Source: an uncultured Pirellulaceae bacterium (GTDB lineage: Bacteria; Planctomycetota; Planctomycetia; Pirellulales; Pirellulaceae). From it: a DNA stretch of 56,888 nucleotides. Below, piece after piece: positions 44,532 through 54,693 of the stretch. The notes beneath the pieces are model-generated. The model saw nothing but the letters and a program-made list of their open reading frames with translations. It searched no databases and had not been told where the DNA came from. The stretch lies in assembly GCA_964507695.1 (NCBI GenBank), contig CAZDSC010000008.1, forward strand, positions 1 through 56,888. The letters run 5' to 3'. Both the position numbers and the translations under genes were made by a program. The stretch's first letter is position 1. Every line of letters starts with the position of its first letter.

Positions 44532-45155
44532 TTACGCGGAGCCTTGCCTGACTTCCTGCGTCGCCATGCTCAACACGCGTCGCAGGGCGTCGGCAACCAT
44601 CGATGACGGCATGAACGGTGTCGGCTCGTCGAGTTCCAGCACCTGCGATGTGTCGAGCGGGATATGGACGAAGGTGGACTGCGTCTGCAATTGCAGGTCC
44701 TCGGCCAGCCGATGTGACCAATAGAGAATCGCATTGCAGAGATAGGTTCCGGCATGAAACGAAACGCGAGCTGGAATGCCCGCCTCGCGAAGTTTCTGCG
44801 CCCAATCGCGGACCGGCAACGTGACGTGGTAAGACGCCGGCCCCGATTCGCAAACCGGAACGGCAGCGTGCTCGTCCTGCACGGAATGCCCGTTGGCCAC
44901 GATGTTCAATGCCACCTCTTCCAGGCAGATACAACTGCTGCCTGGTGACTGACCAACGTGAAAGACAAAGTCGTAGCGGTTCTTCAGATCCTGACAAAGC
45001 TTTTGCTTCATACCCGCCACATCGACGGGATAAAGTCGCGTCGTGATTTCGACGTCAGACGGCAAGTCACGCGTCAATTCAATCAGCGAAAGCCAGCTGG
45101 CGTTTCTCTTCCAGGGTTCGTACGCTTCGAAAGCGGTCAGGAGGATGCGTGTCAT
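44532..45155 (-). CDS. pcp: pyroglutamyl-peptidase I (peptidase C15)
   Basis: MTRILLTAFEAYEPW, VFHVGQSPG, and the catalytic-Cys context HAGTYLCNAILY. Length is 207 aa from the ATG at 45155. The upstream part of the ORF looks non-coding. Confidence 0.83.
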   Translation of the reverse strand: MTRILLTAFEAYEPWKRNASWLSLIELTRDLPSDVEITTRLYPVDVAGMKQKLCQDLKNRYDFVFHVGQSPGSSCICLEEVALNIVANGHSVQDEHAAVPVCESGPASYHVTLPVRDWAQKLREAGIPARVSFHAGTYLCNAILYWSHRLAEDLQLQTQSTFVHIPLDTSQVLELDEPTPFMPSSMVADALRRVLSMATQEVRQGSA

Positions 45156-45519
45156 ATGCGAAGCGTAGCACGTATTTGGAACCACGGGGAGCATCGGCGG
45201 CGGGGCGAAATAACGCAGAAACCGGCCGTTCGTTGAAGTTTCACCGGTTTTTGCGTGGCAATCAGGCGACAGGCAGTTCACCGCCGGGTCGATTTTCGCC
45301 ATCTCGCGGGCATGGCTGGTGCGAATTTGCCGCACGATAACCGGATGAAACGTTGGGCGAATCGGCGATTGTCCGCCACCACGCAGAATCAAATCTGCCT
45401 TGTCTGCCGCTGGCGACCGGCGTACTGGAATGCCTCGAAAACCGAAACTAAAGTATGGGTACGGCGTCAATCCGCACAAAGAACGACATCCCTCCGCAAC
45501 TCTACTAGGAAGCCCCACC

Positions 45520-46407
45520 GTGACTCCTTCAAAGGCATCACTGCTCGCCCTGCTCCTGCTTACGTTGACCTTGCAACCGCTGTTGGCCGAGGAAAAGGCC
45601 GATCAACCCGAAGCGAAGGAAGAGCAGCCCGTCGTTTCCATCTTCCCCGACAAGAATCTTGAGGAGGTTGTACGTCGTAACGTATTCGCCAAACGCGACA
45701 ACGATGAACCGCTGACGGCCGACGACGTCAAGAAGATTTCGACCATTGAGGGCAAGGGCAAGGGGATTCGCGATTTGCGTGGTTTGGAACATTGCAAGGC
45801 GTTGCAACTGCTCGATCTTGAAGACAACGACATCGCCGACATTGATCCCATTGCGGAACTTACCAAGCTGCAGTCGGTCAACCTTGCCGGCAATCGAATC
45901 GGTGACCTGACAGCGCTCGAAAAACTCGATCGACTGCAGTACCTGCACCTCGCCAACAATCGCGTTGTCGACCTCGAGCCGATCAGCAAGCATTCGAATC
46001 TGCGAGCTCTCTACCTATCGCACAACAAGGTCCGAGATCTGTCGCCGATCGCCGACCTGAAAAAGCTCACCTCCCTGTACCTCGATCACAATCGCCTTGG
46101 TTCGCTGCAGCAGGTCTCCGGGATGAATTGGCTTTCGTCGCTGGATGTCCGCAAGAACAAGATCAAGGATCTGGCCCCGCTGAAGTCGTTGACCGAACTC
46201 AAATACCTCGTGATCGAGGGGAACGAGATCGAAGACGTGACGCCGCTGCTGGAGATGGCTCGCAAAGATGCCGAAGGCGAAACACGCTTTTCACCGTTCT
46301 GGCGACTTTACGTGGCAAACAATCCGCTGACCGATGACGCCAAGAAGCAACTGGAAGAAATCGCCAAGTTGGGCGGACGTGTTTCGCACGATGCGATTCC
46401 GGAATAA
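45520..46407 (+). CDS. secreted leucine-rich repeat protein (22-aa internalin-like LRRs)
   Basis: The GTG at 45520 follows AGGAAG and opens a signal peptide. At least 8 tandem LRRs follow (L..L.L..N.I.D(I/L).P(I/L)..L). Confidence 0.75.
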   Translation: MTPSKASLLALLLLTLTLQPLLAEEKADQPEAKEEQPVVSIFPDKNLEEVVRRNVFAKRDNDEPLTADDVKKISTIEGKGKGIRDLRGLEHCKALQLLDLEDNDIADIDPIAELTKLQSVNLAGNRIGDLTALEKLDRLQYLHLANNRVVDLEPISKHSNLRALYLSHNKVRDLSPIADLKKLTSLYLDHNRLGSLQQVSGMNWLSSLDVRKNKIKDLAPLKSLTELKYLVIEGNEIEDVTPLLEMARKDAEGETRFSPFWRLYVANNPLTDDAKKQLEEIAKLGGRVSHDAIPE

Positions 46408-46483
46408 CCAGCGCGTGCTGAGTGGCGACTGATCACATTCTCGGCGATCCTGCAGTGATCGGTTGTCTGGTCGAGCCGTTGGA

Positions 46484-46586
46484 GTTGCCTGATCGACGCT
46501 GGCTGTCCGAAGTTGCCTGTCCGAAGTTGCCTGTCCGAAGTTGGCTGGACGTTGCCTGTTCGACGCAGGCTGGACGTTGCCTAAAA
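46484..46586. repeat. degenerate tandem array on the core GTTGCCTG (6 copies; two perfect 14-bp units GTTGCCTGTCCGAA)
   Basis: Read directly from the sequence. Cores start at 46484, 46512, 46526, 46540 (variant), 46551 and 46576. The last overlaps the stop of the minus-strand gene. Confidence 0.9.
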
Positions 46587-48260
46587 GTTGTTCGGCAGAT
46601 CTGGAGTCGACGGCTTGCCAACTTTGCGAGGTACAAACGGCGTGTATTTGGGGTCCGCCAGGTCCGGGGCGTAGCGATTACCGCCGACGCCCTGACCGGA
46701 TTGCAAATGAGTTCCGGGCAGTGCCGTCGTCAGCACGCTGTTGCCACCTCGTGGCGGTGCCGCCCCTTTTTTCGGGGCGGGTTGCGAACTGGATTCCTCT
46801 TCGGGCCCGTCCTGCATGGTGGGCACGGCCGGTCCCAATCTCGGACCAAAGCTTCCCTGTGCCTCGGGCGGCAAGAATCCGCTCGGACCGCTCAACCCTG
46901 AATACGCCGTCTGCCCCGGCAGAATTGCTCGATTCGGGTAGGCCGTCTGATATGGGCCCGTGCCGGGGATGGCGCCGTATTGCTGCTGATACTGACGCCA
47001 GACCTGCGGATTCGTGGTGGGCGAGCCACTACGGATGCCCGTTGACTTGATCTGCGGAATCGGGGCGCCGTTAAATGCAGTCTCATTACTTCGCAGGCCG
47101 GTTCGGCGTTGGACGATCCCCGATGACGGCGTGCCGTTGAGGCGTTCACCTGCTTCCTGTGTCGGTGGGCGGATGCCGGTGGTGGCGCCCTGCGGAGCTT
47201 CTACCGTCGGAAGCGGAATCACGTACGATTCCCGAATGACCGGTTCAAATGCCTGCAGGTCGAAACGCGTCACGGGCCGACTCGGCAACGCGACTTCCTG
47301 TTCTTCCTTGGTCTCTTCTGCGGTCGACTCGTCTTCGGCGCCGCCCTGCTGGGCCAGATCTTTCTTTTCGATGGCGTCTTCGTCAGACTCGTCGTCCTCC
47401 TGGGACCTCAATGCTGCTGCACGTAGCGGCTGGAGATTCCGTTTTTGCCTGTCGAGCAAATCCTGTGCAGTGCGTGACCGTGCCTGTTGTGTCGGGTTGG
47501 ATTCGGACTGCGATTCGTCCTGCGAAGAGTCCTTGTTGTCCGCGGTGTCAAACGGCTTGGCGCGCGTTTTTCTGCGATCGAATTCACGCGGGTCATTCAG
47601 CTCGTCGACGTCCTGGGTGTCTTGAGGATCGAGTTCCGCAATTTCATCCTCCGGAGGTCGCTGGGTTCGACCACCACGGTTCGGCGTCAACGGCTCTTTC
47701 AATGGATCCTTCAGTTGGACATCCGTGTACTCGTCGAGGTCAACTTCCTGGCCGGCGATCGGCTTGTCCAGATAGCTGGGCTTCTTGATCGGGGCCTGGT
47801 GATATGTCGCTTCCAGTTCCGGGTCGGGGTCATACTTCCGCAAACTGATCGCGTCGGCCGCCTCAGCTTCGTTCAGCAATCGTCGTGCTGTGGGGTCCTC
47901 TTCGTCCCGCGCCAGCATCTCGTATGTCTGGCGACGGAAATCGTACGCGTCGGGACGTTGCGGATAGAGTTCAATCGCACGCGACAGGTCTTCGACGGCG
48001 GCGTCGAGCTCGTTGGAGCGCCGTTTGATGTCGCCGCGCATCACCAACGCGTCGTAGTTGTCGGGATCGACCTTCAGAATGGCGTCGCATTTATCTCGCG
48101 CCGCATCGAACTTCTTTTGAAAGACGAGCGACTTTACTTCGTCGATCGGGCTCGGTGCTGTCTTTTCCCCGCAACCGATGGCAACCACCAACGATGCGAT
48201 CAACAAGATGGCCAGTTTTAGCGATCGACTGTTCACAAGCTCGTGCCTCATTCCCGTCAT
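46581..48260 (-). CDS. TPR-repeat lipoprotein with a long low-complexity (P/Q/G/E/D-rich) C-terminal region
   Basis: A lipobox (LVVAIGC) and TPR-like helices (DPDNYDALVMRGDIKRRSNELDAAVEDLSRAIELYPQRPDAY), then about 400 aa that look disordered. The start could be M27 or M30 of the ORF. Confidence 0.68.
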   Translation of the reverse strand: MTGMRHELVNSRSLKLAILLIASLVVAIGCGEKTAPSPIDEVKSLVFQKKFDAARDKCDAILKVDPDNYDALVMRGDIKRRSNELDAAVEDLSRAIELYPQRPDAYDFRRQTYEMLARDEEDPTARRLLNEAEAADAISLRKYDPDPELEATYHQAPIKKPSYLDKPIAGQEVDLDEYTDVQLKDPLKEPLTPNRGGRTQRPPEDEIAELDPQDTQDVDELNDPREFDRRKTRAKPFDTADNKDSSQDESQSESNPTQQARSRTAQDLLDRQKRNLQPLRAAALRSQEDDESDEDAIEKKDLAQQGGAEDESTAEETKEEQEVALPSRPVTRFDLQAFEPVIRESYVIPLPTVEAPQGATTGIRPPTQEAGERLNGTPSSGIVQRRTGLRSNETAFNGAPIPQIKSTGIRSGSPTTNPQVWRQYQQQYGAIPGTGPYQTAYPNRAILPGQTAYSGLSGPSGFLPPEAQGSFGPRLGPAVPTMQDGPEEESSSQPAPKKGAAPPRGGNSVLTTALPGTHLQSGQGVGGNRYAPDLADPKYTPFVPRKVGKPSTPDLPNNF

Positions 48261-48640
48261 GTTTGTTGCGTCGTTGTTGACTTTAGCCACGGAAACCCTG
48301 CCTATTCTACCCCTCGGGTAAAAACGGGTCACCTTCACTGGGTTATCGGAACGTTGCTATCGGAACGATGAGCCTGACCAAGTGAGGCGTCAAACTTCGG
48401 ACATTCTGCTAGCTCGGACTCCGCCTTGCATTCGACACACCGTCGTCGAAATCGGCAAGTTTTGCGTCAGAACCGAAAAATACGGCAATTTGCGAGAATT
48501 TCGTGCCGCCGAGCCCGCCGACACGCCCAGCGGGGAATGTCGCAGACGCAACTCTGGCGGTCGTCTGCATCGACCCTGCGAGGTGACGCTTCGCTGAAAC
48601 ACGTCCCAGCGAACGCGATCCGGACGAGTTTTGCTGACAC

Positions 48641-50011
48641 CTAGATCAATTCACGAATTGGCTCGACACCCGCGTCGACCAGATATTGAGGTCGTCCGCT
48701 CAGGTCTTCGATGGTCGCGGTGCGGACATCGATGCCCATGTTGTGATACAGCGTCGCGAAAATCTCCTGGAAAGTGACGGGGCGTTCGATCGGGTGTTCG
48801 CCGAGTCGGTTGGTGGCCCCAATGACCTGTCCGGTATTCATGCCGCCGCCCGCTACCAACGCGAAGGTTGCCTGAGGCCAGTGGTCACGGCTGTTCATCT
48901 TGTTGATCTTGGGAGTCCGTCCAAACTCGCCCCAGACGACGACCGAAACGTCCTGATCGAGACCACGTTCTTTCAGGTCCAGCAGCAGCCCGGTTAACGC
49001 TCGGTCCAGCAAAGGGGCCTCTTCGCGCGTGCGAGGAAAGTTCATGCCGTCGCCGCCGTGCCAGTCCCAGCGACTGTAGTTCATGGAAACGACGCGAGCA
49101 CCCGCTTCGACCAGGCGACGTGCGACCAGGAAGTTGCGGACCATTTTGGGTGCTCCGTCACGCTGGAACGTGGGGTCGTTCTTGCCGTAACGTTCCAGTG
49201 TCCGTGGGTCCTCGTTCGAAAGATCCAACGCATCGGCGAGACGCGAGTTGGTCAGAATGGACAGCGCCTGCTGCGTGAAGGAGTCCATGCCGCGAATGGA
49301 GGGCGACTGATCCAGATTGCGGCGGAATTGATCAACAGCGCTGAGCAGTTTGCGACGATCGTCCAAACGTTCCAGCGAGATTCCGTTGAGCGTCATGCTC
49401 TCCGGTTTTGCGAGCGGATCCTTGCCGACCAGTGGCATGGGATCATGGGCCTTGCCGACGAATCCGGCGGAATGCGGATCTCCCCAATCGCGATGCCGCG
49501 TCGGATACATCAGCGATAGGTTCGCGGGAATTCCCGGATCGGTGTTTCCCTGCAATCGTGAAATGGTCGAGCCAAGCATGGGCCAACCGCCGGCCGGCGA
49601 TTGTGCGTTGCGGCGTCGTCCCGTCATGCACTGGTAGCCATCGTGGCGGCCGTCTGCGTCCGAGATGGAACGGATGATGGCAAACTTGTCTGCGTTCTGG
49701 GCCAGCATCGGAAAGACTTCGCTGATCTCCATGCCCGGGACATTCGTCTTGATGGGCGAAAACTCGCCACGAATCTCCGACGGGGCATCGGGTTTCGGAT
49801 CAAACAGATCTATGTGCGAAGGACCACCCGGCAGGAAAACGTTGATGATCGATTTGTGCGAGCTGCCGGTGCCGGCTGCAGCCTCGGCTGCCAGTAACTG
49901 GGGTAGCGAAAGCCCGCCGGCTGCCATTCCGCCAATCTTCAGAAAGTTGCGACGCGAAACTCCGTCGCAATGATTCGAAGCACGGTCTTTTCGTCCGAAA
50001 ATCGTCAGCAT
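48641..50011 (-). CDS. DUF1501 domain protein (sulfatase-fold) with Tat signal
   Basis: VSRRNFLKIGGMAAGGLSLPQLL, then FLPGGPSHIDLFDPKPDAP and DHW near the C-terminus. Confidence 0.86.
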   Translation of the reverse strand: MLTIFGRKDRASNHCDGVSRRNFLKIGGMAAGGLSLPQLLAAEAAAGTGSSHKSIINVFLPGGPSHIDLFDPKPDAPSEIRGEFSPIKTNVPGMEISEVFPMLAQNADKFAIIRSISDADGRHDGYQCMTGRRRNAQSPAGGWPMLGSTISRLQGNTDPGIPANLSLMYPTRHRDWGDPHSAGFVGKAHDPMPLVGKDPLAKPESMTLNGISLERLDDRRKLLSAVDQFRRNLDQSPSIRGMDSFTQQALSILTNSRLADALDLSNEDPRTLERYGKNDPTFQRDGAPKMVRNFLVARRLVEAGARVVSMNYSRWDWHGGDGMNFPRTREEAPLLDRALTGLLLDLKERGLDQDVSVVVWGEFGRTPKINKMNSRDHWPQATFALVAGGGMNTGQVIGATNRLGEHPIERPVTFQEIFATLYHNMGIDVRTATIEDLSGRPQYLVDAGVEPIRELI

Positions 50012-50260
50012 CAGAATGCCTCACAGTCGGAAGGGTAGAGGTGGGAAGGCGCGCTACTTGCGGCCCGCATTGTAATCGATTTTTCGGCCGTTTGGAAATT
50101 GCTAATTCAGCCCGGACGACCGTGCAGGCGGACGGATCTGTCGGAATTTACCGTCACAGCGAATTTCCAGACCCCAACCAAGCAGCCGGCCATTTGGCAT
50201 ATCCCGCGCCGATTGCCACACCTCTGCGGGGGACCCATGGCCTGTCACACGTCGAAAGGC

Positions 50261-50269
50261 TGATATAAT
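50261..50269 (+). promoter_or_regulatory. candidate extended -10 promoter (TGaTATAAT)
   Basis: Read directly from the sequence, 18 nt upstream of the GTG at 50287, with an AAGGAG SD in between. Confidence 0.3.
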
Positions 50270-50286
50270 CACGCAAAGGAGATGAT

Positions 50287-50658
50287 GTGAGCAAGAAGAA
50301 GCCAGCTAATCCGTTTTACATCCTGTTGTTACTCGCCGGCGGCGCGTTCGCGATTACGGCGTGCGCCTATGGCGTCATGACTGTCCGGCAATTGCAGCAG
50401 GGACGGATGTCACGACGCATGACGGTTGAAGTTCCGGCCGGGAGCGAGTCATTTAACGAACTGGTCGACCGACATGGCCCCTCGGTAATGATTGCCGAAT
50501 TGCTATTGCTGGGCATCGGTACCTTCGGTGCAATTGCCTACGACCAACGGCTCGACGCCGCCGAGGCCGAGGCAGACGCAGACGCTCAGGCCGGGCAAAC
50601 GACAGGTACCGTCCCCGCTGACGAGAACGATTCCACCGAACAGGAAGCGAAAACATGA
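50287..50658 (+). CDS. small two-TM membrane protein with acidic tail, unknown function
   Basis: A GTG start after AAGGAG and two hydrophobic helices. The stop overlaps the cupin ATG (ATGA). Confidence 0.5.
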   Translation: MSKKKPANPFYILLLLAGGAFAITACAYGVMTVRQLQQGRMSRRMTVEVPAGSESFNELVDRHGPSVMIAELLLLGIGTFGAIAYDQRLDAAEAEADADAQAGQTTGTVPADENDSTEQEAKT

Positions 50659-51044
50659 AGGTCAATCACCACACCGATATTGAGCTCAAGCCGGTCGAAA
50701 TGGAAGGTGCCGCCAACACCAAGGTTCGCCAACTGATTGGCCAGAACGTGAGTGCTGCGAATTTCGCGATGCGGATGTTCGAGATCGAACCAGGTGGTCA
50801 TACGCCGCGACATCAGCACGATTATGAGCACGAAATCTATGTGCTCGAGGGCGAGGGGACCGTTGTCGAAGGCGAGACGCAGCACTCGCTCAAGGCGGGC
50901 GACGTTGTTTACGTGCATCCGAATGACATTCATCAGTTTCGCAATAACGGTTCGGCCACGATGAAAATGCTGTGCCTGATTCCGAATTCGGCGACCGACA
51001 AGAAAATCACCGTTGTGCCCGAATGCGGTATCGAATCGGCCTAG
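50655..51044 (+). CDS. cupin domain protein
   Basis: The cupin motifs GGHTPRHQHDYEHEIYVLEG and GDVVYVHPNDIHQFRN. Confidence 0.8.
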   Translation: MKVNHHTDIELKPVEMEGAANTKVRQLIGQNVSAANFAMRMFEIEPGGHTPRHQHDYEHEIYVLEGEGTVVEGETQHSLKAGDVVYVHPNDIHQFRNNGSATMKMLCLIPNSATDKKITVVPECGIESA

Positions 51045-53090
<2,046 letters not shown>

Positions 53091-53281
53091 TCACGCTGGA
53101 TCTCGACTCTTCCTGTCGGTGTACCGGGACACTGACGAGCTTTGTCGCGGTACCCGAACTTTCTGCCGATTGACGGCTACTGCGTTTTCGAATTCTTCCC
53201 GCAGCAAGGACGGTATTTCCGCGTTTTTCAGCGGGTAGGCGTACCGGTCCTGCCGTCTAACTGTGCCCCGGACAGAAAGGT

Positions 53282-53334
53282 TTGACAGCCCGGATCTTTC
53301 TGTGCTAGTGTACCACGTAACTAGTACACAGGAG
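53282..53334 (+). promoter_or_regulatory. candidate promoter (TTGACA-18 nt-TAGTGT) overlapped by inverted repeat AGTGTA-N12-TACACA
   Basis: -35 TTGACA at 53282-53287. The arms are AGTGTA at 53307-53312 and TACACA at 53325-53330 (5/6 complementary). The AGGAG SD starts at 53330. Confidence 0.35.
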
Positions 53335-53341
53335 CGGCGAC

Positions 53342-53740
53342 ATGCAATTGCAGATCGACACGTCGAACGGCCTTGCGATTTACGAGCAGGTCGTGCGGCA
53401 ATTGAAATTTGCCATTGCCAGCGGCAAGCTGCGACGCGGCGAACTTGTGCCGTCGGTGCGTGAGCTTTCCAGGCAGCTGGCGATCAACCCGAACACCGTT
53501 GCGCGTGCCTACCGGCAACTGCAGGACGAGCAGGTCCTGGAGACGGTCCGCGGCATGGGAATGCAGGTGATGGTGGGGGCGGAAAAACGATGTCGTGCCG
53601 ATCGCAAGAAGCTGATTGCGGCGCGCCTCGATACCGTGCTTGACGAAGCGTTCCACAGCGGATTGCTGGGGGATGAAGTGCGTAAACTGGTGGACAAGAA
53701 ACTGGCTCAATTTCCAGAAAACGAGGAGACGAATCCATGA
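53342..53740 (+). CDS. GntR family transcriptional regulator, YtrA subfamily (short effector domain)
   Basis: 132 aa. The wHTH reads LPSVRELSRQLAINPNTVARAYRQLQDEQVLETVRGMG. The stop overlaps the ABC ATPase start (ATGA). Confidence 0.85.
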   Translation: MQLQIDTSNGLAIYEQVVRQLKFAIASGKLRRGELVPSVRELSRQLAINPNTVARAYRQLQDEQVLETVRGMGMQVMVGAEKRCRADRKKLIAARLDTVLDEAFHSGLLGDEVRKLVDKKLAQFPENEETNP

Positions 53741-54693
53741 TCGGAAATCCTTCCACTAATGACGTTATTCGGTTTGACGACGTTTCTCGTTCTTTCGGCA
53801 ACCAGATCGCGCTCGATCGCGTCTCCTACTCGGTACCATCCGGCGTTGTATTCGCGCTGCTGGGCGAGAATGGAGCGGGAAAGACAACGTCGATAAAGTC
53901 GATTCTTGGAATGTGCCAGCCCGATGCCGGACGCGTGTCGGTTTTGGGAATGCACCCGATGGCCAACGGGCTCGACATTCGCAGGCAGGTGGGATACGTC
54001 CCGGAACAATCGTCGCTGTACGAATGGATGACCGTCAAGGAAGCGGGTTGGTTTGCGGCCGGGTTTTATCCTCCGGGGTATGAAGCGGAGTACCTGCGGC
54101 TGTCCGATGGCTTTGGATTGCCGCAGGACCAGAAGATCAAAAACCTGTCAAAGGGCATGAAGGCCAAGGTCGTGCTGGCGTTGGCGATGGCTCATAACCC
54201 ACCGTTATTGATTTTGGACGAGCCAACCTCGGGACTCGATACGCTGGTGCGTCGCGAGTTTCTGGAAAGCATGGTCGACCTGACCTCGGTCGGCCAGACG
54301 GTCTATCTGTCCAGCCACCAGATCCCTGAAGTCGAACGGGTCGCCGATATTGTGGCGATCATGAAACGGGGGCGTCTGCTGCTGGTAGAGGAGCTTTCGA
54401 CATTAAAGGAATCGTGCCGCGAGGTCATCGTGACGTTTGAGGATCGCGTGAACGTCCCGTCAATTCCCGGCGCAATTGTGCATGCGGTCAGCCAGGGGCG
54501 TCAGGCCGTCTGCCTGGTTCGAGAAAGCGAAGAACAGCAGTACTACGACCTTCAGAATCGCTCGGACGTGCGGACCGTCGATGTTCGGCGTCCTTCGCTG
54601 GAGGATATCTTCGTGGCGTACATGCGTTCCGACGACGGCTCGTCGCAGTCGGTCGTCGCACCGCTGGAAGCTCGTTCGCAGGAGGTGCAGTGA
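53737..54693 (+). CDS. ABC transporter ATP-binding protein
   Basis: Walker A GENGAGKTT, signature LSKGMKAK, and Walker B LLILDEPTSGLD. Confidence 0.9.
   Translation: MIGNPSTNDVIRFDDVSRSFGNQIALDRVSYSVPSGVVFALLGENGAGKTTSIKSILGMCQPDAGRVSVLGMHPMANGLDIRRQVGYVPEQSSLYEWMTVKEAGWFAAGFYPPGYEAEYLRLSDGFGLPQDQKIKNLSKGMKAKVVLALAMAHNPPLLILDEPTSGLDTLVRREFLESMVDLTSVGQTVYLSSHQIPEVERVADIVAIMKRGRLLLVEELSTLKESCREVIVTFEDRVNVPSIPGAIVHAVSQGRQAVCLVRESEEQQYYDLQNRSDVRTVDVRRPSLEDIFVAYMRSDDGSSQSVVAPLEARSQEVQ

Noticed and set aside
45156-45518. An upstream extension of the pcp ORF (121 extra codons).
   Set aside because: The extension is unrecognisable and Arg/Pro-rich and would overlap the LRR gene upstream region. The C15 peptidase domain starts at MTRILLTAFE.
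14979-46586. The tandem arrays as CRISPR arrays.
   Set aside because: The units are directly adjacent with no unique spacers, they are only 9-24 bp long with 2-6 copies, and no cas genes are present.
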